DNA of 64,000 nt from Adineta vaga (lineage: Eukaryota; Animalia; Rotifera): NCBI GenBank assembly GCA_021613535.1, contig CP075497.1, positions 10,478,001-10,542,000 on the forward strand, in the 5' to 3' direction. A program made the position numbers and the translations under genes. Positions 14,176 to 26,523 of this stretch are shown one piece after another; the stretch's first letter is position 1, and every line of letters begins with the position of its first letter. The notes beneath the pieces were generated by a model. It saw only the letters and a program-made list of their open reading frames with translations, was not told where the DNA came from and searched no databases.

Positions 14176-15231
14176 TTAGATTTTCTTAGCAACTTTCTTC
14201 TTCTTTTTTGATGTTTCTTCTTCGACTACTTCTTCATCGTCACTTGAGACATCTCCAATATCGATACCTAGAAAAAATGCTCCTGTGGCACCTTTTTCCT
14301 TTTTTGTTTTCTTATTTATCAATTCGCCATCTTCGAGGACATCATCTGAATGACGTCGTTTTTTTGGTATTGTTCCTTCCGTTTCGTCATCGTCTCGGGT
14401 ACTAACAGCTGTTGATGATTTTTTCTTCTTTTTCAATTTCTCAGCTTGAATTAATTCCGTAGCGATTTGAACAGCTTCATCCATATCGTCAGCAATCTGT
14501 TTCTTTTGTTCATCATAAGCTGTATCGGAGAATTTATGTGGAGGTGGAACGTTACGATAATCTTTTTCTTCATTCGATGACGAAGATGGTTTATTCTTTT
14601 GATCAGTTGCAGATTGTTCTAATTGCTTTTGCATCCATTCCTAAATTAAAGAAGATTCTTGTCAAATTTATTAGAAGTCAAGTAGAATTCTTCGGTTTAA
14701 CGTGGGAAAGAACAAATCGACCTTATCAAGAAGAAAAATAGAACATAATCATATTTTATTATGGAAGTACTGATAAATCACGTATATTGCATTACTGTCA
14801 TAACAATAGTCAATGGAGAAAAGATAAGATTAAGAGAGAATTGACATACTTGCAGTTTTTTTTCATTATTAACATCGCGCATTCGGCGACCATTTAAATC
14901 GCGACAAGCTTCTTTATTTTTTGAGATTAAAATTTGTTTACCAAATGAACGTAATAAAGATCCAAAACCACCCTTTAAAAAAAAACGAAATAAACATCGA
15001 ACAATTAATCAAATATAAAAAACTAACCTTTCCACCAAGTACTTTTGGCCAAATTTTATAAGTTTCATCATCTATCAATTCATAATCACTTGATAAATCA
15101 ATTTTCTTTCCATTTTGTTCAATAATATAAGAATGTTCACCTAATAAATCATTTAATTCTTCGACAAATTCATTCAAAGAATTGAATGAAGATACATGAA
15201 TGTTTTCTTGATGTCCAATTTGAATATACAT
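14176..15231 (-). CDS. SDE2: SDE2 homolog (ubiquitin-like N-terminus, GG|K cleavage site, SDE2 domain), short form
   Basis: Three exons spliced give ...[53 protein letters not shown], the SDE2 signature, followed by a Lys/acidic tail. Confidence 0.9.
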
Positions 15232-15363
15232 CTAGAATAATACATAGAAAAATAACATCATAATAACGACAAGAGAAACATTTCATATTATCATCTGACA
15301 AACAAAAACAAAACGTTCGACTAGAATTAACAAAAGTTTTCAAAGAAAAATACTGAAAAATAT

Positions 15364-18300
15364 TTATAGATAGAACAAATTTTTGTGACGATCACATTTA
15401 GGTGAAGCACCAAGAGTTTCACCGACTAAAGATGAAAGACGTTGAGCAAACTAAAACAGAAAAATATTGATAAATTTTGATCGAGAAAGAATCACTTACT
15501 CGACAGATTGATGGCACAAAAAAGTGATTACGTTGTGGAATATGTACGGTTAAATAAAGTATTAATCGTTGAATTTTTTGTGCTGATAAATCGGTATTAT
15601 CGAAAAGAACAAGGAATTGACGAGCTTGTAATGTTGAAGAACGATCACGATGAGATGATAAATAAAAACAATAACTTGGTCTGAAAAATATAAATATATT
15701 TGACATCGAATGTGAATGAAGATAACTTACGAATCTTTTGCAATTAGACAACCAACATTAGGAACTTTTTTTGGCTAAAAAAAGATGAAAAAATGAGCAA
15801 ATATTCGATAAATAAACGGACTCTCCTATCTTTCTAAGTGTCTCATCGAATAACATACCTGAACATAATTATAGAAATCGTAGATCATTTGTTTCATATA
15901 TGTAAAGATAATCAATCGTGGTTTATAATCACCCATGATATTTTCATCAGTAATCATATTAATAATTGATAGAATTTCATTCTCTTTGATAAGATTCAAA
16001 GCATCAAATGCTGAATAAACATTTCGTCCGATAATAATTGTTGTTGGATAAGTTTTATTTTCCTAGAAGAACATCACAATGCCTTATTAGAAGATAGAAG
16101 ATTTTAAAAAGAAAGAACCTTTCAACATACTTCATAATAAGCATCGATAGCTAATTGAACAAAAAGTCCAATATCATTTCGAAGATCATTTTCATTATTA
16201 TATGATTTTGCATGACTGAAATATTCTGTCATATTATAATTAATTGAACCAACAATCGATAGAACATAATCAAGATGTTCCGGTGATGTATAATTCACAT
16301 TCAATGATGTCCAAGTAGCAATACCTATGACCATAACATTTGGCTATTAAAAAAGATTTCGATAATCAAAATTGAGAATTCATCAAATAAAATCTTACGA
16401 TAGTCATATTTACAGCTCGAATTTGTCCACCAAGTTTAAAATTAATATCTCGAGCAATGTTTAATGCTACACCTGGAAGAATATCATCATCAGCTATTGT
16501 GCTTCTGAGAACAATCTGAGATAGATATGTATGAATAAATGATGAAATCAAAAATAAATATCTCACTTCACTTGCAGTTGGAATTTCGATACAACAAATA
16601 CGTTTTATCATATTATAACGATCGATTCGACGTGATTTAACAATTACTGATACTAGTTGTATCTAAATAAACATGAGATTTCTATGATTCAGATGGACAT
16701 ATTATAGAATTTACTTGTTCATTGAGATTATAACGAAGAGTATTGGCATATGTATCAGTTTCGTCATCATCCATCTGTACATGAATTGGCTCATTGACAA
16801 GCATACCATGTTGTTGTCCTACTTGTCGAAGCATATTTACATAGATCGATGCTCGATCTTCGTCAACTTTCGGATAGACTAATAGCCAACAATTCAGTTC
16901 AACCTATAGGTCAAAAGAGTAATACATATGAATAATCAATAGCGAAAATTTCTAAGTAGAAAAAAGAACTGTTTTTCATACCGGATTAACAAAATGGCCA
17001 TAGGAAAATTCATGATCATGTATATCTCTTCCTTCATGTTCGTCATCAGATGAATCTTTATTGAGAAATTTCTAAATGACAAAAGGCAATTATTTATCGA
17101 TCATACTTTCAATTCGCTTCCACTTACTCGAGATGAATCATCAATTGATGAATGATTTGAAAGTATATTTGAAACTACATTCATGCCCCATAGAGCAAGA
17201 TATTTCACTGTTGCAGCATTTCGTCGAATCATATCGTCGAAAAACGAGATTTCAGCTTGACGTCCAGCCGAATCCAATGGAATAAAACTATTCGTCTTTC
17301 GTGCCTATATAAAACAAATATACATATTTGATATCCAAACCGATTCGTTTCTTACTCGAGCATCTCGATGTGCTCGATCGGATAGACCAGTTAAATAGCA
17401 TAATTCCGGTACTAGATAATTTGCTTCTGTATTAACCTAAACTACTAATAAATTCAAATCGAACAAAAATATTTTTATTTTCTTACGTTTTCACCAGGTC
17501 GTCGAGGACAATAAACTATCAATGGTTGATCAGGATCTTTGATTGTTATATCAAATTTATTTCTAGAGAGAAAAAAAGAAACGAATTATAATCATAACAA
17601 AATGTAATCAGTTTACAAATAATAATCGATTAATGTTTGTGAATTATCATTGAATGTAAATGTTGCAGGTGTTAAATTAAAATCGATATTATCAATTCGT
17701 TGTGTTCGATTATCATATCTTGTTAGTACAAGTTTATTGATTAATTCTTTTCGAATCAATTCTTGATAGTCTCCACCTGATGTTGACATATAAAATCGTT
17801 CTCTAAATTCAAAATCTTTTCCATTTGAAATTCTTCATCGATCATGAAATGTTTCTTACAATTCTTCGTAACAAGTACTGGTTGGTTTTTGAAGAAAATC
17901 AATTGTTAATAATAATCCATCTTCATGACGTTCAATATTTACAATTTTACCATTCCAATAGCGAATTCTAATGAAATAAAAATAAGGATGAATTACGTGA
18001 GAAAATAAAATATTTACTTTGAACGATAACCATTTCGATTTGTTGAATTTATAATCGATTCTCGACCATGATCAATCGCTCTAGAACAAAATCTTGTTTT
18101 TGTTTTACTATTTCAATAACAATCAACTTACAATCGAAATAAGATATTAATTAAATCGATTGAGATTTGTTCAATATTAATCGTATCAATAAATCGAATA
18201 CGTACTTCATTCGGAGTATCCGATGCTGTATTATTAAACACGAAAAACTATTTTTTCAGACAAAAACAATGATCGTTTTTCTTTATCGTTTTCTGAAAAT

Positions 18301-18815
18301 CAATTTACTTCTTTTGATAATTGATGTGGAACATAAAGAAATTCACCATCGTATAATTTATATAAACCACCGACATATTTTGATAAATGATTGATCATTG
18401 TAAAACGTGTAGTTCGACTTGAAATGTTTGGTTGAAAATCAATAACATATTTATACCAAGGTGTAACTGTACAATTGATTAATAGTTGATTTTCTGAACT
18501 AAGATGAAATTATTATTTTTTGTCTTACTAATTCATTGTTTCAATGAAATAACTCAAACTCACAGATCTCGATGAGAATTGAATGATGATGATTGTCTAA
18601 AGAGAAAAGAAAATAAACGTGATGAATTGCAAAAATAAATAAGTCTCAACGAACTTGATTTGACGTAAGATTTGTGCTGCACGTCCGCTAGCTACATTTA
18701 AATTATCGTTTGCATTCACCGAAGGTGATGGTGGCGGACATGGATTGGAATTTTGAAACATATCTCTAGCAGGATTTCCACGTCCATAAGTTCCTGAGCT
18801 TTGAAATTGATTCAT
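15364..18815 (-). CDS. piwi: Divergent PIWI-clade Argonaute (N, L1, PAZ, L2, MID, PIWI), 19 exons, predicted slicer-dead
   Basis: Manual splicing gives a continuous frame. N domain WYKYVIDFQP..LYDGEFLYVP; PAZ VLTRYDNRTQRIDNIDFNLTP..IKDPDQPLI..LVPELCYLTGL; MID RYNMIKRICCIEIPTASE..INFKLGG; PIWI VMVIGIAT..IIIGRNV..IQRLILYL..VPSICRFAQRLSSLVG; C-terminus LFYL*, typical of the PIWI clade. Confidence 0.9.
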
Positions 18816-18953
18816 TATTATTGATAAATAAAACTAAATAATGTAATGAACTTACATTACAAATACAAAACATTTTGGGAGAAATTTCACTGAACCAATC
18901 AATGAAAAGAACGATCTTAGTGACATCTAAAATGAAATTCATATCGAAGGAAT

Positions 18954-18966
18954 GTTGCTAAGTAAC
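18954..18966 (+). promoter_or_regulatory. RFX X-box in the shared PIWI/IQUB promoter
   Basis: GTTGCTAAGTAAC, an imperfect palindrome matching the X-box consensus, about 60 bp upstream of the ATG of the motile-cilium gene IQUB. A CCAAT lies at ~18896. Confidence 0.6.
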
Positions 18967-19025
18967 AGAACTTCAAAATGGTTGATTAGATATTTATACA
19001 TTTTGATTATTTTCATCGTTGAGAG

Positions 19026-21763
19026 ATGGCTGACGAACATGATGTTCCATTTCCACCACTTCCATCAATGGTTATCGATAAAGATGAAGATCGTATTCAT
19101 GATGGAAAAGATTCAAAACAAGAATATGAAACTAAATTAGCAACTGTAAAAATGTTATTAAAATCGATTGATCAAACAGTCACAGTCGCTTTTCCATTAC
19201 ATGCACCAGTTAATGAATTGATAACACATTTTGCTAAAGAACTACGTATGTCACCAAATGTTTTACAAATCATTTTCAAAGGTTCGTTTGATTATTTTAT
19301 TGAAATTTTGTATTCGAAACGATCTTTATTTGTTTAGAAAAAGTTTTGGAAAATCAATTAACTCTTTCACAAATTGATGTCGAACCAAATACCACCGTTA
19401 GCATGGGTTTGTTTTGTTATATCATCTGATAAAATAAGATTCTAAAATTTTATTTTAGAATTACATTCAAAAGATCCAGCAAATTATCCATTACGACCTT
19501 ATAGACCACGTCAAGATATATCAATGCCTGATGTTATCACTGTTCGAATCGATGAAGGTTAAAAATCATTTCTATCCATTATTAAACTTCATATCTCGTT
19601 TTCTTCTTCTTTTCCCATTAGACGCAGATATAAGTCGTGATATTGTTGTTGAAATTGAGCGTAATAATATTCGTAAACCATATTTGGGTGGTACACGCCA
19701 TCGAATGACTGGTAAAGAGTATCATCATGCTAGTGCTCAAACAATTCCACCACAAAGACCAGATAAAGGTTTACAACGTAATTGTCGAGATACTCAAACA
19801 ATTGAATCTCGACATCGAGTTATACAAACAACTAATGAACAATCAACACAAATGAGTAAACCAGGATATTATGTATCAAATGAAGATGATCGTTTAATAA
19901 CACCACAACCATATCAAACAGCTGCGGAAAAATTCGAAATTCTCACAAAAAAAGTAAAGTTAAAAAACGATTCGAGATAAAAACAAAAAACACAGAGGAG
20001 ATTTTCTTCTAGGCGATTATTATACAAAAATATTTTCGTCGTTGGTTAGCTAAACGTGATGTGAATACGTTGAGAGACGCATTTCAAAAACGAGTTCAAT
20101 ATGAATTAGAACAAAAACAGAAGCAAGCGGAAGAACGACAAAAACGATATCAATATGATCTTGAACGACGTTTACATCCACGAACAAAAGATGATTTTGA
20201 TGTTCTCTATGCTGCACTTGAAAGTAAACGATTGATTTAAAAGGAATGTTTCATTTCATTCTTCTTCTTTTAGAATGGCGTGAAGAAGAAATTGCAAAAA
20301 TCAATGCAACAAAACAAGGAGCTGGTAAGGAAAAATTTTGAAGAAATAGAATGAATGATTTGATATTTCTCTTTGAAATAGCTCGAAAAGCAGCATTGGC
20401 GTTATTAGTTGATGAAGAAACAGAATTATTAGCAACGATTGATCGATATAAAACTGAAGCGCATAAATACAATAAAGAAGCGAATATTCAACGATTTCTT
20501 GAACGTGTTGCTCAACCAAAAAAATGGAAATATAAAGATGGAACCACAACAGAATTAGAGTAAATCATCTAAGCATCTAACTATTTCATAGAATTAGTTT
20601 ATTCTTTTGAATTTTAGTACACCTTATTCCATTCGTGCACGTGAATTAATGCAAATTTATAATACAATTACTATGAAATTTTTAACACTTGACGAACGAT
20701 TAGATATTTTATTAACATTGAAACATACTGTGAAAGTAGGAAGAAAAAAAACGTTTTTCTCTTTTTTGTTGAGAAATACAAAATGAATTTCTTTGTTAGG
20801 AACATGATAGTCGTCTTACGCAAGAAATAATTCAATTAATTGATCGTGAAGCTGATCTACTCATGCGTGGAACAAAAGAAGAAAATTTAGCTGGTCTTCG
20901 TGAACGTATTTCCACCTTATTTCTTCAATATATCAAAACACCAACATTCAATCCAGGTGTTATTCGACATCTCAAAGTAAAAATAAACATTACATATTCA
21001 TTTCGTTCATAATCTATTCAAAGGTTCCACAAGATCCAGTTACAGCTGCACAATATAAAACACTTTATTGTCGTAGTTGTCAAAAGTATTATCCATCAAC
21101 AGAATTTTCTGTTAGTAGTACCAATGCTAAGATTGGTAAATGTCGACAGTGTCTTCGATTAGAAAATATTGCAAACAAACGAGCTGATCATACGAAATTT
21201 AAGTATGACATACTCAATTATTCTTTTAGAAATGTATTCCATGAGAAATCTTATTTAGATATTTACTTAAAAAGATTGAAAAAGATGAATGTGGTTATAA
21301 TGATGGAGCTCATTGTATATTCTTATTAACGATCAATGATATTGAATATATGTTTAAAAATATTTGGGATAGTCATTCAATTTTAAGTGAAGAATCGGAT
21401 ATTTATAATTTAACATTCATTCGATGGAATCGTCATGAAGAATTTACACCTTGGAATTGTATACTATTAACATTCGAAGAAGCCAATGCTCATTTAAAAC
21501 TTGATGATGTTGAAACGGTATGTTCATATTCAATTTTTACTAAAACAAAATATATATATATTCCTTTTCTATAGAGTTACAGTGAACCATTTTGTAAAAA
21601 AATTCGTTATAAACAGGCGATATCACGTAATCATTTTACAAAACTTGGTGAACATATTCAAAATCAACAACAAACGAATGGATCTAAAGATATGACCATT
21701 ACAGCAGTTAAAGTTGGACGACAACGTGGAACACCAACAGCAATGGCCAATGCATCAGCATAG
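19026..21763 (+). CDS. IQUB: IQ motif and ubiquitin-like domain-containing protein (ciliary radial spoke)
   Basis: Multi-exon gene. UBL-like N-terminus, [20 protein letters not shown] motif [68 protein letters not shown]. Confidence 0.92.
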
Positions 21764-21917
21764 ACTAATAACTAGACAAGATCTTCTCCTTCTTCTTCTT
21801 CGTTTTGCTTGAAATTTATTCCAAAATAATTCATCTTGTCTTTTTATTTTATTTTTTACACACACATTAAAACAAAGATCAATCATATTTGTTTGTTTTT
21901 CCGATGTAGAAATCAGA

Positions 21918-23678
21918 ATGGATGAACAAGAATTGAAAACAAAAAAGATACAATTATTTGATGAGCTTTGTAAGAGTCAAAAAACTGTAAGATACATTTT
22001 TTTCTAACTTTGATTTCTAATCAATAATTCTAGTTCTCTATAGGCTAATTTTCCAATAACAGATCCTTCACTTTTCGATACAACTGACATACTTCCTGAT
22101 AGTTTCGATGAATTCTATACTGTATGTCCTATTCTTATTGATGTTTATGGTTTTATTTTGTGTTCTATCGTAGGATTTTGCAAATATGTTTAAAACGAGT
22201 TTAACTGTTCTACAACCATTTGAAGATCGTTTGAAAGAATGTGAATCAATTGTTAGTGAATACACGAATCTATTTTTTCGACAAGGAAATGATTCATTTA
22301 TTCCAATGAAACCAGTTACTCAATCATTTGATCTCTCATTTGAAGGTTTAAAGACGAAAAATTTGCAATCTTTTTCTTTCGATTGAATTTAATTTCTTGT
22401 AGAATTGGATAATATCGATCCAGCGAGTGAATTAGGTCTGGTACTTAAACGACGAAGACAAATTCTTTCAAGTTTTTCAGCACGTGATAATGATCATGAT
22501 CGTGAAACAGTGGAAAATATTCAGTATAAATCATTTCGAATCGATTGTTATAATAGTCGGGTGCTCACAATCGTGATTGATGTGATTGAAATTTTGAATA
22601 AAGTAACACAAGCACAAAAATTTAAGGTGATTCAAAACATTGATTTATTCTTAATGTATACCGATGGATTGATTTAGGAAAATTTTCTCTTCTGTTGGAA
22701 TCGAATAGTTCGAAGTGAAACGAATCAACATATACTTATTGATACATTCTGGTGGGTTTATTTAAAATATTTTGTAGTAAGATGGATCAGTTTGGAGAAT
22801 GATGAACACAAATGAACTTTCCCTCGTTTTAGAAAACATCGAATATTGATGAAGAATGTGAAAGATATTTTACACGTATTGCTAAAAATTATGTTGAATT
22901 ACTTCTCTCGGTTGATTCATGGTTTCGTGATAAATTTTTTAATGTTCGTTTCTTTCAAATTTGATTATTTTTGTCAATATAATTTATCTTCATTATTCAA
23001 GATTTATGGCTCATATATGGCTCAAGCAGTTTATCAAATGTATTTCGATGCTTGTCCTGATTCACGCATGAATTTTACTGATGATTTCAAAGAGTTTATT
23101 GCTAGTACAGTTTCCGAATGGGTTTCAGGTAAGATTTCATTTTGTTGAACTACTGAAGATGAAACCATTTGACTTGGCAGGATGTCAAACTACTCCAGAG
23201 ACTTATAAACGATGGAAAATACATGCAGATGCAACAATGTTAACAACTGATAATATGGCAAGACAAAATTCCTCACCAGCTGATAGTTCGTAATTCGTTT
23301 TGAGTTAGGAACGGAATGATCAATAAATTATTCTTTTTCAATTCAGTTTTCAAAAAAATTCGTCGTCTGGAAGAAGATTTGGACGCTTTGGGTGGAAATG
23401 ATGGAGGAGAAACATCTCGATCTGCAATTTCACGAACACCAAAAAGAGTAGGAAAAAATAATTCGTTTTTTTTCTTTTCTTTTATGAATTTGTTTTTATT
23501 ATAGAATGTTTCCATCGATTTTAGTAATCGATTTGAACTTGAGAATGAATTAGTTGATCTGAGTAATCAAAGTACATTGGTAGCTTGGTTCTTTCAACAA
23601 TGCGATATTCAACCAAATACTCCACGTTTACGGAATATCGAACGAACAAATATCAAAGGATGGCCAGCAGAACATTGA
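21918..23678 (+). CDS. FAM227: FAM227-family protein (FWWh domain)
   Basis: Multi-exon gene containing ILIDTFWWVYLKYF, IFTRIAKNYVEL and YMAQAVYQMYFDACPDSRMNFTDDFKEFIASTVSEWVSG, which match the FWWh domain. Confidence 0.8.
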
Positions 23679-23861
23679 TTTAACTTCTTTTCATAATAAA
23701 TCTCAATGATGAAATTCCGTTCATTGACGTACATGGAAAATAAGTATTCGAGATGTAAATGAATGGCGATGCCTTGTAGATACTGTTTCTAATTTATTAG
23801 ATTAGCAGTTCACTTTCCTGCTGAAAGACTTCAACCGTATCGAATGAGATTTATTTTTAAC

Positions 23862-24627
23862 GACTTATATTTAATTGAGCGATAAAAATATTGGAATGAG
23901 CAATAAAAATAGTTGAAATGAGCAATAATCAAATTTAGCAATAAATATATTGAATGAGCAATATATATAATGAATGAGGGATAATTAGATGAAATGAGCA
24001 ATAATTAATTTAAATAAAATAATGTGTGTATAAAAAGGGCAATAATAATCCGTTCATTTAATACAAATGGCTCAATCGAAACGTGTAGCAGACTATATGT
24101 TTGATTCTGAAAATGACACGGAAATGCAACCTTCAAGTAATAATGAGGATGAGGGTGTAGTGTGGGTGTGAGGGCGAGGGTGGGTCTGAATATAACAAAG
24201 ACACCCACATCCACAACTTGCACCTGTCCATCATTCATGAAAAACTATGTTTGCAAGCACACCATTGGTATGTCCATTAGATTAAAATATTGCAAACCTC
24301 CAGCTGAGGCAAAAAATGTAGAAATTGGTACAAAAAGAAAAAGAGGAAGACCATCGAAAGCAAAAAAGCTTTATTGATTCAATGATTAGTTATATATATT
24401 CCATTTTTCTTTTTTTTCTTGCCAATTGTAAAGAAAAATAATTTAGTTTTTTTCTTTTTTGTTGCTCAAGTATGAAATTAATATTGTTACGTAGTAAACT
24501 ATTTATTGTTCATTTAATATTATAAAATTGCTCAGATAATGTTTTCTTATTGCTCGAAAGTTACTGCTAAATCATGTTTTAATTATTGCTCATTCCAATA
24601 TTTTTATTGCTCAAATAAATACAAGCC
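23862..24627 (+). mobile_element. Non-autonomous Mutator-like (MULE) DNA transposon, internal deletion derivative
   Basis: About 45-bp imperfect TIRs (GACTTATATTTAATTGAGCGATAAAAATATTGGAATGAGCAATAA versus the reverse complement of the right end). Perfect 9-bp TSD ATTTTTAAC at 23853-23861 and 24628-24636. Internal SWIM finger CTCPSFMKNYVCKH plus AT-hook KRKRGRP; subterminal TGAGCAATA repeats. Confidence 0.9.
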
Positions 24628-24903
24628 ATTTTTAACCATAATCTAGTATCTGTTACAGATCTTTCTCATCAGCCTGAATTAGTCTATGTAGAGAAGTTGA
24701 TGAACCGTTTTAAGAAAATCTGATGAAAAATTTTGCCAAAGGAAGATAATTTTTATTTCTTCACTAAATGAACTCAAATAAAATTATATGAAATTTTTGA
24801 CTTCCTTCATAATTAATATAACAACTTTATCTTTTCATTATCTCAAAATAACTCAGTTCCTATTAGTTGCATATATCTCTTTGAGTCTACAAAAAACTAT
24901 ATC

Positions 24904-25929
24904 ATGTCGAATTCAACAGAACTTTTATTTTATCAATCTCTAAGTCGTTATGTAGTGATTTATGCTGGATTGTTTATATTAATAACTGGTGTTGTCGGTG
25001 GTGGTCTAAATATTCTTGTTTTTACAACATTAAAAACATTTCGACATACTCCATGTGTTTTTTATTTAACAACGACATCAATTGTTAATGTTGCTCAATT
25101 ATTAATTTCACTGTTAATTCGTATACTTGCATTAGGTTTTTCTATTGATCTAACACAAGTATCATGGTTTTGTAAACTTCGATCATTTTTCGTCCAATCT
25201 TCGGCATTGGTTTCCTTGGCTTGTATGACATTAGCAACAGCTGATCAATTCGTATCTATGACTCATCGACGATTAAGTAGTTTGCAATTAGCTTATCGAC
25301 ATGTTTTGATTAGTTGTATATTGATTTTGATTCATGGAATTACTGTTCTAATTTATTTTGATTCACCATCTAGCATATGCGGGATCAATAATGCAGGTTT
25401 TGCGAAATATTTTTCTTATTTCTATTTCCCTGTAATACTGGGATTTTTACCAATTGGTATGATGATAATATTTTCGCTGCTCGCATTTTTTAAAACTCGC
25501 TCTGCTGCTAGTCGAAATGTACACATCGAACATTTAGGACGTAATCGGCAATTAACAGCAATGGTATTAGTTCAAGTAGTATTTATTGTCATATTTACTG
25601 TACCATATCTGATCAGTAATATTTATGTATCAGCAGCAGCAACAGTATCGACAGATCCAGTATTTTTAGTACGTAATAATTTCCTTCAATTAATGACCAT
25701 TCTTCTTTATTATGAAAGTTATTCAGTAAGTCAATTCGTAACAAAAAAAACGTGAAAATTAATGTCTTGATGTTTGTTTTAGACTCCTTGCTACGTTTTT
25801 TGTTGTGTTTCAAAACGATTTCGTAAACAAGTTGTTCATGTCTTGATCGAAGTACATCTCAAACGATTTCAACAAGCGGCAAATAATTTCAATAATAATC
25901 AAGTTGCACCAGAAATAGAAATCAGTTGA
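24904..25929 (+). CDS. Class A (rhodopsin-like) orphan GPCR of a lineage-expanded family
   Basis: Seven TM segments; GVVGGGLN, FCKLR, ATADQF (DRY variant), RQLTAMVLVQ. One intron (~25727-25781), then TPCYVFCCVSKRFRKQ...NNQVAPEIEIS*. Confidence 0.85.
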
Positions 25930-26182
25930 ATAAATATCAACGATTTATTCGTTTATTTCAAACTATAGTCTCTAAAATATACAAAGATTATCGGAGTCAA
26001 AAAACTCGAATCTTGTATAAGTCTTTTAAAAGATTTTGACGATCAAGTTTTTGTACTGCAGAAGTTCTCTGTTCATGAAAATAAAGATTTGTTTCTGAAA
26101 ATGATGTTTGGTTAGGTAAAAGTTGATCATTTACGATATAGAATATAGAGAAGTGATGACATATTTTTCATTAAAAGAAAAG

Positions 26183-26523
26183 TGTTGCTCTGGCAGATCA
26201 GTGTTGCCACCAATCCGCACGATTTCGTCATCGCAACGTGTATTTTATCCGTAAGAATATTTACCTCTTGGTAAGTTGTAATAAGCAACTTGTGTAGATG
26301 AAGTGTAAAGGGAGACGTTTTTCTTGTCCCTATATCTATTGTTTTGAAAGAAGCAAAGGAAAAGTGCAAAGTGTAGAGACAGCGTAGATGTCGTGTTCCA
26401 CACGTCGTGAAGATAAATTGCTTATTACAACTTACCAAGAGGTAAATATTCATAAAGAAAAAATATATGTTGCGATGACGAAATCGTGCGGATTGGTGGC
26501 AACACTAATCTGCCAGAGCAACA
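26183..26523. mobile_element. MITE-like fold-back element with ~105-bp inverted repeats
   Basis: TGTTGCTCTGGCAGATCAGTGTTGCCACCAATCCGCACGATTTCGTCATCGCAAC...TTACCTCTTGGTAAGTTGTAATAAGCAA at ~26183-26290 is mirrored at ~26417-26523. A degenerate extension of ~30 bp continues on each side. No convincing ORF; no TSD established. Confidence 0.75.

Noticed and set aside
14176-14634. SDE2 truncation (no C-terminal SAP domain) as a novelty
   Set aside because: Short SDE2 forms lacking the vertebrate C-terminal domain are known in other eukaryotes.
23880-24010. Spaced short repeats (TGAGCAATA) resembling a CRISPR-like array
   Set aside because: Units are short, irregularly spaced and mirrored at the other end of the element, so they are subterminal repeats of the MULE; eukaryotic context and no cas genes.
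26127-26453. 108-aa ORF in the fold-back element
   Set aside because: Runs through the inverted repeats and has no transposase motif.
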